Of a DNA stretch of 64,000 bases, positions 40,567-50,290 are shown in pieces (the first letter of the stretch is position 1; each line of letters begins with the position of its first letter). Made by a program: the position numbers and the translations under genes. This stretch comes from Candidatus Marinacidobacterales bacterium (GTDB lineage: Bacteria; Acidobacteriota; Vicinamibacteria; Marinacidobacterales; DATDRI01). The stretch is from the NCBI GenBank assembly GCA_965226495.1, contig OZ245365.1, positions 3,904,001 through 3,968,000 of the forward strand. Reading direction: 5' to 3'. The notes beneath the pieces are model-generated. The model was given only the letters and a program-made list of their open reading frames with translations. It had not been told where the DNA came from and ran no database searches.

Positions 40567-41820
40567 ATGACTGAAGACCGCGCCATCTACATGCCTGAAG
40601 TGGAGGCGGCCTCCCCGGAAGCGCGCGCGGCGTACGAAGACGATCTGGTGCGGCGCGCCGTCGTCTTTGCCGCCGAGAAGACCACAGAAATCCGCGAGCG
40701 GCTGCGGAAGGCGGGCATGACCCCCGAGAGCATCCGTGGCGTCGAAGACCTGCCTCGAGTCCCGGTGCTATCTAAGGATTCCGTGCCTGCACTTCAGGCG
40801 GAAGAGCCGCCCTTCGGAGGCATGCTTGCCGTGCCCACCTCGAAGCTCCGGCGTGTTTACATGTCTCCCGGTCCCATCTTCGATCCAGAGGGCGATCAGC
40901 AGGACTTTTGGCGCTGGGCACCGGCGCTTTGGGCTTCCGGCTTTCGGCCCGACGACATCGTATACAACACCTTCTCCTACCATCTCACTCCGGCCGGAGC
41001 CATGATGGAGGAAGGTTTGCGCACTATTGGCTGCACCGTCATACCCGGCGGCGTGGGAAACACCGAGCTTCAGGTGGAGTTTGTTTCCAAAGTAGCGGCC
41101 ACTGGATATGTCGGTACGCCGGCCTTCTTGCTAACCATGGTGGAGCAAGCCAAGGAAAGACGCCTGGTGCTTTCGCTCCAGCGAGCCTTTGTCTCCGGGG
41201 CACCGCTCTCTCCCTCTCTACGTAAGACACTGCAGTCGGACCACGACCTCTCGGTGTTTCAGGGTTATGGCACCGCGGATGCGGGCGCCCTCGGCTACGA
41301 GTGCGAGATGGCGGAAGGATGGCACATCGCACCGGGTGTCGTGATCGAAGTCGTGAATCCAGCGTCTGGGAAGCCGGTACCGCCCGGAGAAACTGGTGAG
41401 GTCGTGGCCACAGCGCCGAACGATGTCTATCCTCTCGTCCGCTTCGGAACCGGAGACCTCTCGGCCTTCATGCCAGCGGCTTGTTCCTGCGGACGAACGA
41501 CACCGCGCCTGGTGGGTTTCTTAGGACGGGCCGGCGATGGCGTGAAAGTGCGCGGGATGTTCGTCCATGCCAGCCAGCTTGGGAAGGCCTTCTCGAGCAC
41601 CGAGGGCGTCGCTCGGTATCGGGCCGTGGTAAACCAGGCAAACCACAAGGACGAGCTCACCATTCAGGTGGAGGGCAAGCCGGGAGCAAAATTGGATGAA
41701 AGGAAGCTCGCAGACGCCCTCCGCGGCGCCTTGAAGCTCCGCGTCGCGGTCGAGATTCTAGAGCCTGGCTCTCTTCCCGAAGACACGAAGCCCCTGGTCG
41801 ATGAACGCACGTGGGACTAA
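40567..41820 (+). CDS. Phenylacetate-CoA ligase family protein (PaaK-like)
   Basis: SPGPIFDP, FSYHLTPAG, QGYGTAD, RFGTGDLS, KVRGMFV. Confidence 0.87.
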   Translation: MTEDRAIYMPEVEAASPEARAAYEDDLVRRAVVFAAEKTTEIRERLRKAGMTPESIRGVEDLPRVPVLSKDSVPALQAEEPPFGGMLAVPTSKLRRVYMSPGPIFDPEGDQQDFWRWAPALWASGFRPDDIVYNTFSYHLTPAGAMMEEGLRTIGCTVIPGGVGNTELQVEFVSKVAATGYVGTPAFLLTMVEQAKERRLVLSLQRAFVSGAPLSPSLRKTLQSDHDLSVFQGYGTADAGALGYECEMAEGWHIAPGVVIEVVNPASGKPVPPGETGEVVATAPNDVYPLVRFGTGDLSAFMPAACSCGRTTPRLVGFLGRAGDGVKVRGMFVHASQLGKAFSSTEGVARYRAVVNQANHKDELTIQVEGKPGAKLDERKLADALRGALKLRVAVEILEPGSLPEDTKPLVDERTWD

Positions 41821-41924
41821 AACGGTGGGTTTTGCTTCACTTGCTTCAGCAGCCGAGTCAAACTATGATGTTAATTCCACCCCCGCTTGTCATTAACCTC
41901 TGATACAACTAGGAGCAGCAGTCA

Positions 41925-42704
41925 GTGACCAACCCTCGTCCCCTCCTTCTCGCCGCAACGTTAGCGCTTGGGCTCTCGGCTTGTAACGGTTCGGCATTGT
42001 CTCCGGTGGGCCCGGAAGAGGTTTCAACCGCCCCTACACCGAGCGGGCAAACCGATGCCAGCCCACCGGTCGCCCTTCAAACGCGAAAAGACATCCCCTT
42101 CGAGAGAATCCTTTGCTTCGGTGACAGCCTGACCTTCGGCATCACCTCACGCGGGATGCTGCAGCGCTTCACGCTCGAGCCGGTGGAGGGCTACGTGCCG
42201 AAGCTGCGCCAGCTCCTGAGACGGGAGTTCGACTCCACCGCTCAGGTCATCAACTCAGGTCGGGGAGGCGAGACGACGGATCGAGGCTTGCAACGCTTGA
42301 AAATCGAAATCCGCTCCCAGCGATTCGATTTGGTGCTGCTCTTGGAGGGAGTGGTCGACGTCAACAACCCCAACCCAAAGTTCGCTCAGGCACGCACCAA
42401 CCTGAAAGAGATGATGCGCGTCGTCAAAGGTCAAGGCATCCCGATCATCATCGGTACCGTACCCCCTCTCAACGACGATGGGTTCCGGATCCGGGGCATC
42501 GAGAACATCCCGAAGCTTAACGACATTATTCGCGAGGAAGCGAAGGCGGAAGGGGTTCCGGTTGCCGATCACGACCAGGCCGCCGGCACCAACCAGGGAC
42601 TCCAGGGGCCCGACGGGCTACACCCCAACGACGCGGGTTACGAAGTCATGGCGCAGACCTGGTTCGAAGAAATTCAGAACCTCATCGACGATATGTCGAC
42701 TTAA
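41925..42704 (+). CDS. SGNH/GDSL hydrolase lipoprotein
   Basis: Lipobox LSAC; FGDSLT; DGLHPN. Confidence 0.88.
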   Translation: MTNPRPLLLAATLALGLSACNGSALSPVGPEEVSTAPTPSGQTDASPPVALQTRKDIPFERILCFGDSLTFGITSRGMLQRFTLEPVEGYVPKLRQLLRREFDSTAQVINSGRGGETTDRGLQRLKIEIRSQRFDLVLLLEGVVDVNNPNPKFAQARTNLKEMMRVVKGQGIPIIIGTVPPLNDDGFRIRGIENIPKLNDIIREEAKAEGVPVADHDQAAGTNQGLQGPDGLHPNDAGYEVMAQTWFEEIQNLIDDMST

Positions 42705-44218
42705 TTTGTCCCGTCTACGAAAAGCCGCTGCGTGGGTTGAACCGCCAGCCGGGTAACCGTGGTCCGGTCTAAGAAAACAACCTTCACATCGTAGGTGGCG
42801 CCGGCCGGCACCCCAAAGTGGAGTATGGGCGAGTTCTGGGCGCAATATCCGGTAGCGCTCTGCGACTCACGAAAGCCCCTGAGGTGCTCCGGATCGTCGA
42901 GATGTCCTGCATCGTAAACGTACGCCTTCGCACCGAACGCTCCCGCCTCACCTTTCGGAGAACGAAGCTGTAGCTGCAGCCAATTGTCGTCGTTGAGCTG
43001 GTTGCGGAAAAGCGAATTGTGACCCCGCTTGCTCACGAGCGCGAGATCGAGATCCCCGTCGTTGTCGATGTCCACGAGGGAGACGGAGCGGGGGTTCGCA
43101 CCGATGCCTCCGATGCCCGGCGCCGAGACACGTTTGAAGACACCCTTCCCGTTATTCTCGTAGACGGCCTGGTTACCGCCGAAATAGATGTCGAGGTCGC
43201 CGTCGTGATCCAAATCTCCGAGACCGGCGGTGAAGTCGCCGCGGCCAAAGATCTGGGAGAACTCGAAAACACCGTCTCCCACGTTCAGGTAAAGCTTCGC
43301 GGTACCTTGTCCCACCACGAGAGCGTCGAGGTCGGCGTCGTTATCGACGTCGCCGAAGGCCCAGCCATTACCGGGAGTGTCCTCTTTGAACCGGATCCCG
43401 CTCTCCCGCGTCACATCGATGAACGTTCCATTGCCTCGGTTGCGATAAAGCGCAATCGGACCGTACGGCAGATCGAGGGCTTTCCATCCGGTCGACGCCA
43501 AATCGAGATCGCCGTCCCCATCAAAGTCGGTGAGCATGATTCCCTGGTTGGACAGCTCCGCACCGTCGATACCCAGTGTGTCCTTGCGCTCGAAACGAAA
43601 AGAGCCCCGGTTGATGTAGGCGATGTTCTTCTGTCCCGCCCAAGCACTCAGGACGATATCGGCGCGTCCGTCACCGTTGATATCCCCCGCCGCAACCCCG
43701 CGAGACTCGAGGTCGTCGATCCGAATGCCGGCACTCTCCGTGAGATCGACGAAGTTTCCACTGCCATCGTTCCGGTATAGGCGGCTGCGACCGGTCCACG
43801 TGTGGGCGTTGAAGAGGTCGTAATCGCCGTCGTTGTCGAAGTCCGCGAAAATCGCGGCATGGCTTTCCTCGCTGTTGCCATTGAAGAAGCCGTCATCTTC
43901 CACACCGGCCTCCAAGGCTTGCTCCTTGAAGCTCCCGTTGCCCTGATTGACGAAGAACAACTCCGGGCGGTCCTCTTTCGGATCGGCGATGTTGGTCACA
44001 TAGATCTCGGCAAACCCATCTCCGGTGGCATCGACCGCCTGTACGCCGTGACCCCCGAAGTTCCCCAAAGAGACGAAACCGGACTGGTTGGTGATATTGC
44101 CAAACTTGAACTTCGCCCTCTCACGGGCCGCCGCTCCCCCAGGACTGGACGTGGAGTATCCGACGACAAGCAGCGCCAGTAGAGACGCAAAAACCACGAC
44201 GATTTTCAATCGAAGCAT
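42701..44218 (-). CDS. FG-GAP/VCBS repeat protein with ASPIC/UnbV C-terminus (CRTAC1-like)
   Basis: Multiple DxDxDGDxD repeats; AFGAK, LHFG. Confidence 0.87.
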   Translation of the reverse strand: MLRLKIVVVFASLLALLVVGYSTSSPGGAAARERAKFKFGNITNQSGFVSLGNFGGHGVQAVDATGDGFAEIYVTNIADPKEDRPELFFVNQGNGSFKEQALEAGVEDDGFFNGNSEESHAAIFADFDNDGDYDLFNAHTWTGRSRLYRNDGSGNFVDLTESAGIRIDDLESRGVAAGDINGDGRADIVLSAWAGQKNIAYINRGSFRFERKDTLGIDGAELSNQGIMLTDFDGDGDLDLASTGWKALDLPYGPIALYRNRGNGTFIDVTRESGIRFKEDTPGNGWAFGDVDNDADLDALVVGQGTAKLYLNVGDGVFEFSQIFGRGDFTAGLGDLDHDGDLDIYFGGNQAVYENNGKGVFKRVSAPGIGGIGANPRSVSLVDIDNDGDLDLALVSKRGHNSLFRNQLNDDNWLQLQLRSPKGEAGAFGAKAYVYDAGHLDDPEHLRGFRESQSATGYCAQNSPILHFGVPAGATYDVKVVFLDRTTVTRLAVQPTQRLFVDGTN

Positions 44219-44327
44219 CAGGGAATTCCTTGACGATAAGGTTGTACCTTCCTTAATACATGAAACAGCGGGACTTGTCAAGATCCTGGGGCTTGCGGTC
44301 TTGCGGTCGGGCGCTCGTTCGGGGAAG

Positions 44328-46265
44328 ATGACGACGGTGACTAGAGCTATTGCGTGGCGATTGGGGTTGCTGATGTTGCTACTTATCTCCGCGGCCACGG
44401 CAATGGTTTGGATGACGAGCTCGGCCCCCGATTACCGCCTCGTCGAGCACTTCGAAGAATCCAATGCGACGATCCAAGGTGGTGTCTTCGCCTCGTTTGG
44501 CGGCGAACCGAGCCTCTTCGGGCCCGTCTCGTTCGACGCTGACACGCGCGTTTCTTTCACTCCCCCGATTCCATCCGAGCTCGATTTCGATGTCACGCTC
44601 CCTGCGGACCCGTTACTAGAGTTCGCGATCGGAATCCAAAGTGAACGCGAGGTCGGTCGAGCCAAGGTCGAAGTTGCGGTCAGCGTGGCGCACGAGAATG
44701 CGAGTCTGGTCGTTTACCGCGAAGTATTCCGCGCCTTCCAGCTCAACCGATGGTATCCACGTCGAGTCGACCTAACCGAGTGGTCGCGGAAAACTGTTCA
44801 GCTCCGGCTTGCCGTCACACCGGCGTTCGGCGCATCCGACCCGCCGTGGGCGGAACGGATCCGAGTCGCCTGGGGTAACCCGATCGTTGCCAGCCGACCG
44901 GAAGGGCACCGACGCCGGGCCAAAAAACAAACAGAGGATCGGCCTTCGATCGTGTTCATCCTGGTTGACACGTTGAGAGCCGACTATCTGGGATCTTACG
45001 GCTTCGAAGGAGACATTTCGCCGGGGCTCGATCGGCTGGCCGCCGAGTCCTTGCGCTTCGAGAATGCTTTTTCACAAGCGCCTTGGACCAAGCCCTCTAT
45101 CGCAACTCTTTTCACGTCTTTGTATCCGGAGGTTCACGGGCTCACGAACCACGAGGGACTCTTTTGGGGAAAAGGACGGCCAGGCATGAAAACGGGTGTA
45201 CTTCCGGATGAGGCGGTCACCCTCGCTGAGGTCTTACGGGAGAACGGCTATCGCACGGCGGCCTTCATGACGAATCCGATGTTGGCTCCCACCTACGGAT
45301 TTGATCAGGGGTTCGAGATCTATCAGGTTCACGAGATTCGAGACTTGAGCAATTTGGTCATGGACGCCGCGAACCGATGGGTCGACTCGATACCCGATGG
45401 CGAACCCTTCTTCGCTTATCTTCACTTCATGGACGTTCATGGTCCCTACGATTCTCCGGAAGAGGACTTCGAAGCGTTGAAGGACAGCCACAGCTTGGGT
45501 GACGATCGGGATTTGAGCGAGGATGAGTACGGCGCGATCTCGGACTACCTGAAGCGTGTTGGTTGGGCCGGCGAGCCCGAGGCGCGGAACGTCCGGACAT
45601 GGCGGGCGCGTTATGCGGCCGGCATTCGGGACTTCGACCGTCGATTCGCGTCTTTCGTCGACGCGCTCCGAGCCTCCGGACGACTCGACGAGGTTTACTT
45701 GGTTCTTACCTCGGATCACGGCGAAGAGCTCTTCGAACATCAAGGGTGGGACCACGGCCATACTTTATTTGCGCAACAGCTTCATGTCCCGCTTCTGATT
45801 CGGAGGCCAGGCGGCGAAGGAGCTCGCACGGCCACGAATGTCGTGAGCCTCATTGACTTGATGCCCACGCTGCTATCCATCGCACGAATCGAGCCACCCG
45901 CAGGCGTTCAGGGACGGGACTTCTCGGCGCTTCTCGACCCTCTTCTCGAAGACCGACACCAGGCCAGTAACGCTTCTCGCGCAACCGCCACCAGCGATCG
46001 GCCCGGCCTCCATGCCATTCGCACACCCGATTACAAGCTCATCATGGATATCGATACCGGGGAAACTTGGCTCTTCGATGCCGGGGGGGACCCCAGTGAG
46101 CGACAAAATCTCTCCGCCGCTCGGCCGGAGGTCGTCGAGGAGCTGCGCGATCGCCTGTTGGCCCGGATCGCCGAATCCACCGTCGAGGGAGCCCTCGGCA
46201 AGCGACTCGCTCCCATTCCGGACGAGCTTGTCGAGCAGCTTCGAACGTTAGGGTACGTACAGTAG
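44328..46265 (+). CDS. Sulfatase-superfamily protein with N-terminal beta-sandwich and non-canonical WTKPS active-site motif
   Basis: ILVDTLRAD, SQAPWTKPS, HFMDVHGPY, TSDHGEE, HVPLLIR. Confidence 0.85.
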   Translation: MTTVTRAIAWRLGLLMLLLISAATAMVWMTSSAPDYRLVEHFEESNATIQGGVFASFGGEPSLFGPVSFDADTRVSFTPPIPSELDFDVTLPADPLLEFAIGIQSEREVGRAKVEVAVSVAHENASLVVYREVFRAFQLNRWYPRRVDLTEWSRKTVQLRLAVTPAFGASDPPWAERIRVAWGNPIVASRPEGHRRRAKKQTEDRPSIVFILVDTLRADYLGSYGFEGDISPGLDRLAAESLRFENAFSQAPWTKPSIATLFTSLYPEVHGLTNHEGLFWGKGRPGMKTGVLPDEAVTLAEVLRENGYRTAAFMTNPMLAPTYGFDQGFEIYQVHEIRDLSNLVMDAANRWVDSIPDGEPFFAYLHFMDVHGPYDSPEEDFEALKDSHSLGDDRDLSEDEYGAISDYLKRVGWAGEPEARNVRTWRARYAAGIRDFDRRFASFVDALRASGRLDEVYLVLTSDHGEELFEHQGWDHGHTLFAQQLHVPLLIRRPGGEGARTATNVVSLIDLMPTLLSIARIEPPAGVQGRDFSALLDPLLEDRHQASNASRATATSDRPGLHAIRTPDYKLIMDIDTGETWLFDAGGDPSERQNLSAARPEVVEELRDRLLARIAESTVEGALGKRLAPIPDELVEQLRTLGYVQ

Positions 46266-46343
46266 GCGGGTACGTGAAGTAGGGCCTGATGAGGCCTGAA
46301 GAAGATTGATGACTGCGGTGCCGCGCACGGCAACACACGCGGG

Positions 46344-46667
46344 CTACGAGGCTGTGAACGGCCTCGGACGATTCTTGTTGGTTTTCGGGGCGTGAGCGGT
46401 CTTGTACTCGGCGAGCTCGGTTTCCGTGACAGTCATGTGCGACGAAGGGAATCCATCGCCACTCGCGTCGAGCTCACGCTTCAGTTTAAGAAAACAGATT
46501 TCCGGAGCGTCTTGATAGCGCACGCGGTGTGCGAGAAATGCCTTGTTCGAGATGGCCACTGTAAACACCCGGGGCTCGCCATCAGGCCGCATTACTTGAA
46601 GTTGGTACTCGCGGGTCCTCTCATTGACCGTGAAGCCAACATACTCTGCTCTGGGCTCGTTCGACAT
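46344..46667 (-). CDS. Hypothetical protein
   Basis: RBS ggagg upstream; compact 107-aa ORF. Confidence 0.6.
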   Translation of the reverse strand: MSNEPRAEYVGFTVNERTREYQLQVMRPDGEPRVFTVAISNKAFLAHRVRYQDAPEICFLKLKRELDASGDGFPSSHMTVTETELAEYKTAHAPKTNKNRPRPFTAS

Positions 46668-46901
46668 AGGTCTCAATCCTCCCGCAAGCGCGTGAAGGGG
46701 GCAGGGAGACCCCGGCGCGAACTCACTACATATATCTTACCATGAATCGGCGTCCTGCCGCCGAGGATAGCGGCACCCAAAGCCTACTGGACGTCCTGAA
46801 AGGATCTAAAAGGCGTCCTGCCGTCGTCGTCCTGACGTTAACGGCACCCGCCGCCTGCTAGCCCGATACTGGCAACCGGGTATTTTGGCGGCTAGCACGG
46901 A

Positions 46902-46944
46902 CTAAATGACGCCCACTGGACGCCCAGCAAAAATATAGAGCGAC
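46902..46944. repeat. 43-bp direct repeat, copy 1
   Basis: ctaaatgacgcccactggacgcccagcaaaaatatagagcgac identical to 47854-47896. Confidence 0.95.
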
Positions 46945-46959
46945 GATGGCAAAAATATG

Positions 46960-47490
46960 TCGAGCAGCTGCGACACAGGTTGTGTGCGAGCACGTTCAAC
47001 TGTTGCCAGGCGCTATTGGCGGCATAGCTTTTAGTGGGCACGACGTCGAGAGCGAACTGGCTGCGCAATTCGGCGAAGGTTTTCTCTTGGCCGCCTCGCC
47101 CAGCAGCGAAGTACCAAAGGCGTTGGACGGTGAGCGATTTGTTGGTGGCGACGGCTGAGTACTCGAAGTAGCCGTCGTCTGGAGAAAACAGGTCGAGCTG
47201 GAAGTTCTTCGCCGTTCGATGTCGCTTCCGATAGATCGCGATCCGGACGGTGATATTCTCGATGAAGTGTTTGATGGAGTCGTCACTCACGCGGTGCCAT
47301 CGCTTGCGCCCAGCGACGACCTCCTTTAGGCCGAGCCACGGCCAGAACGGAGCCTTAGCGAATAAGAATCTTTTCGTTGAAAAACGCGGCGTCCGTGCGG
47401 AATTCCAGCTTTCGGGACCGACCGAACGCCTATCAGTTCCCGTAGAAACGCATCGGCACCCTTGGAGTCCAGGACGCAGGTGAGCGAACA
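46960..47490 (-). mobile_element. Degenerate IS1380-family transposase fragment
   Basis: Across shifting frames: HLRPG, DSKGA..FLRELI, LEFRTDAAF, then QLDLF..YFEYSAVATN, GRGGQEKTFAEL, ANSAWQQLNVLAHNL. Confidence 0.75.
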
Positions 47491-47607
47491 AAGGGTAGTA
47501 ACTTTTATTCTTCTTGCGATGAGGATTGAATCCTCGAAACGCCCATCCAACCTGATTGCCTGCTGAACCACGGGCCGTCCATATCTACCGTCAGACGGTT
47601 CAGGCTC

Positions 47608-47652
47608 GATGGTCGAAAGATCGAGATCCTCGTCGACCGAGTGTGACCCCGC
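47608..47652. repeat. 45-bp exact copy of a segment of the neighbouring M20 peptidase gene
   Basis: gatggtcgaaagatcgagatcctcgtcgaccgagtgtgaccccgc identical to 47966-48010. Confidence 0.93.
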
Positions 47653-47853
47653 GACCCACCGAATGTCGGCTTAGCTCAACGCGGCGCAAATATCGTGAAA
47701 ACAGTTCCAGTCCACCAAACGAGCTCAGGTTCTGCCCAGCGCACTATAGGGGCCTCTGGTCGTTTGGTGTTTTGTTTGGAAGCAACGATAAACCCAGAGG
47801 CTCCTTTGTCAATACTTTCGCGCTACTTTGCTCTCTTTTTTTTGCGATTAGGG

Positions 47854-47896
47854 CTAAATGACGCCCACTGGACGCCCAGCAAAAATATAGAGCGAC
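47854..47896. repeat. 43-bp direct repeat, copy 2
   Basis: Identical to 46902-46944. Confidence 0.95.
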
Positions 47897-47914
47897 CCAT
47901 CGGGGCTATCGTGT

Positions 47915-49186
47915 CTATCGTGTCAGGCGATAGATAAAGACCGCCGCACGCTGGGCCGCGATAGGGATGGTCGAAAGATCGAGATCCTCGTCGACCGAGT
48001 GTGACCCCGCACCCACCGGTCCCAACCCAGCGAGGGAATCTATGATCGGAGCCACGAAAGAAATGTCAGCGGCGCCGCGGGAGCCCGGATCGATCGGTGT
48101 GATCGCCCCCAGGCCTAAATCGCGGCTGGCCAGTCCGAACGCTTGTAGCAGATCGTAGTTCCCCTTTGTCGGCGACATTGCGGGGTAATCGTCCTCACCG
48201 AAGTGAATCTTTGCGGAAGTCCCAGATAGGCTCTGGGACACAATCTCCCGCATTCTGGTCTGCGCCTTTTTCTTCTGCTTTTCCGAAATGAAACGTAGCC
48301 CTCCCTGAACGATCACCGTTTGTGCAATGACGTTCGACTTTCCGAAGGCAGTCCCCTTCTCGGTCTCCGGATCGAACTCCACGGCGGTGCCGCCGGCGAT
48401 CACTCCAGGATTGAACGTGAGATATTGCTCGCCGCCGAGCTCCTCGCGGAAAGCGTTCAGAATCCGAGCCGCTTCGAAGATGGCGCCGTCTCCGAAGGCA
48501 GGACTGAAGATTCGGGAGGAATGGCCTCGCTTTCCGGCGACTTCGAGCCTCCACATGCTGGCTCCTCGTCGTGCCACCGTTGCATTTTTTCTACCCACGC
48601 CTCCCTCGAACCCGAGGCCTATGTCGCTTCGCTTGGCAGCCTCGATCAGATCGCGGCGAACGACGCCAATCGGTCTTCCGGGCTTTTCTTCATCACCGAT
48701 CAACGCCACGGTGATGCTCGTGTCGTCGAGCGCCCCCACGTGATGGAGAGCTTTGAGGGCATAAAGCATCACCACGTCGCCGCCCTTCATGTCCGCGACA
48801 CCCGGCCCCTTTAGGCTCTCGCCCACTCTTCGCGTGCTTTGGAACGGGCTGTCTTGCTCGAAAACCGTATCCAAGTGACCGATCAAGAGGAGTCGTTTTC
48901 CCCGGCTGCCTTTTCGTTCCGCGAAGAGATGTCCGGCACGTCCGACTTCTTCCGGCATCGAGATCCATCGTGTCTTGAAACCGAGAGCGTCGAGCTCGGT
49001 TCGAAAGACGTCTCCGACTTCCTGGACGCCGTCAGGATTAAGCGTGCCACTATTGATGTTGGCGACCCGTTCGAGGAGGGCGACCGCGTCGCTGTTCTGC
49101 GCCTCGACATATTCCTGGATTTTTTTTTCTGTAGGCGACAACTCTACGGTGGAAGCCAGGAACAGAACAAGGGGCGCCAGCGTCAC
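47915..49186 (-). CDS. M20 metallopeptidase (glutamate carboxypeptidase-like)
   Basis: IGHLDTV, GPGVADMKGG, GDEE, RGAAD; GTG start overlaps the upstream TAG, RBS ggagg. Confidence 0.88.
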   Translation of the reverse strand: MTLAPLVLFLASTVELSPTEKKIQEYVEAQNSDAVALLERVANINSGTLNPDGVQEVGDVFRTELDALGFKTRWISMPEEVGRAGHLFAERKGSRGKRLLLIGHLDTVFEQDSPFQSTRRVGESLKGPGVADMKGGDVVMLYALKALHHVGALDDTSITVALIGDEEKPGRPIGVVRRDLIEAAKRSDIGLGFEGGVGRKNATVARRGASMWRLEVAGKRGHSSRIFSPAFGDGAIFEAARILNAFREELGGEQYLTFNPGVIAGGTAVEFDPETEKGTAFGKSNVIAQTVIVQGGLRFISEKQKKKAQTRMREIVSQSLSGTSAKIHFGEDDYPAMSPTKGNYDLLQAFGLASRDLGLGAITPIDPGSRGAADISFVAPIIDSLAGLGPVGAGSHSVDEDLDLSTIPIAAQRAAVFIYRLTR

Positions 49187-49665
49187 TAGTAAGTCCTCCG
49201 GAGAGGTGATTTCCCCCAGAACTCCATCAGCTCGCGGCACTCTTCACGCAAGATCCCTCCCGTCGACTGAACGCCGCTTCCTCCGAGACGTGCCAGGGTC
49301 CGGTTCGAGATTACGAGCTCGTTGAATCCCAACCGCTTGGCCTCGCGAACGGTGGTGCCGAAGTAAATGTGTTTGATCTGAGCCCAATTGATCGCCGCGA
49401 AACACATCACGCAAGGCTCGTTCGTGGAGTAAAGCACGCATCCCTTGAAATGAGGCGAGTCCATTTTCTTGGCGGCCCGACTGATGGCACAGACCTCCGC
49501 ATGCCGCGACGGGTCGTTGCTCTTGAGCACCTCGTTGTGCCCGGTAGCGATAATCTTACCCTTGAAGACAATGCACGAACCGAACGGCCCTCCGTGTCCT
49601 TTCTTGACACCACGGTAGGCTTCCGCCAAAGCAATCTCCATGAAAGGTCGGTGTTTGTCGGCCAT
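49186..49665 (-). CDS. Guanine/nucleoside deaminase (cytidine-deaminase fold)
   Basis: GGPFG, HAE, EPCVMC, INWA. Confidence 0.85.
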   Translation of the reverse strand: MADKHRPFMEIALAEAYRGVKKGHGGPFGSCIVFKGKIIATGHNEVLKSNDPSRHAEVCAISRAAKKMDSPHFKGCVLYSTNEPCVMCFAAINWAQIKHIYFGTTVREAKRLGFNELVISNRTLARLGGSGVQSTGGILREECRELMEFWGKSPLRRTY

Positions 49666-49796
49666 TGAAAGACCCCCTCTCGAGCCCGGGGATTATACTC
49701 CACCACCCACTTACTCACCGCCTCGGCCTGTATTGCAACAGGTTTAGGTGCTGCGAGAAGATGGGGTGTTAGAACGGCTGGCAAGGAGACTTACAA

Positions 49797-50127
49797 ATGA
49801 AGCGCCTTCTCCACCTAGGAATGATCCCGGTTTTTCTTGTCTTATCGACCGGGTCGCCGCTCCACGCCGAAAAACATCCGTTTTTCGTTTTCCGATCTAT
49901 CTCGGCTCAAGATGGTCGGCGATCCTCAAGTCTCGCCGGACGGCATCACCCAAGCAGAGGAGATGTTCATCGCCCTCAAGCAGCGGGGCGTGGACACCGT
50001 GATGGTGCGCTATCCCGGCGAGGGACACGGGATCCGCCAACCCAAGCACATTGTGGATATGCACCGCCGCGTGCTGAATTGGTTCGACCACTACGTCAAG
50101 GGCGAGGGCACGACCTCCTCGCGTTAG
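49797..50127 (+). pseudogene. S9 prolyl oligopeptidase remnant: N- and C-termini joined by a large deletion
   Basis: Signal peptide, frameshift, then VGDPQVSPDG fused at about 49944 to ITQAEEMFIALK..VRYPGEGHG..NWFDHY. Confidence 0.8.
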
Positions 50128-50183
50128 CAGCCGACTATTCTTGGGCCGACGACGCCAAAGTGTGCTTCGCGTCAGCGCTCGAT

Positions 50184-50220
50184 CTCACCCTCTCCCCTTC
50201 GAGGAGAGGGATGGGGTGAG
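50184..50220. repeat. REP-like hairpin
   Basis: ctcaccctctccccttcgaggagagggatggggtgag. Confidence 0.5.
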
Positions 50221-50290
50221 GAGTGCCGTGCAGTAGATGCAGAGATGGTTCTGCTATTCTAGCGGGAGCCACCAATGAGGAGGACAAGAA

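Noticed and set aside
44088-44398. Apparent 310-bp overlap of divergent sulfatase and FG-GAP genes
   Set aside because: Disappears with downstream starts (44328 and 44218) that precede the signal or anchor helices
46749-46849. Short repeated cgtcctg/ggcgtcctgccg motifs as iterons or a repeat array
   Set aside because: Irregular spacing, short and GC-rich; cannot be distinguished from chance
46902-47896. CRISPR array or mini-array from the 43-bp repeats
   Set aside because: Only two copies about 950 bp apart; no regular spacers; no cas genes
47608-48010. Diversity-generating retroelement TR/VR pair
   Set aside because: Copies are identical with no adenine-specific differences, only 45 bp long, and no reverse transcriptase is present
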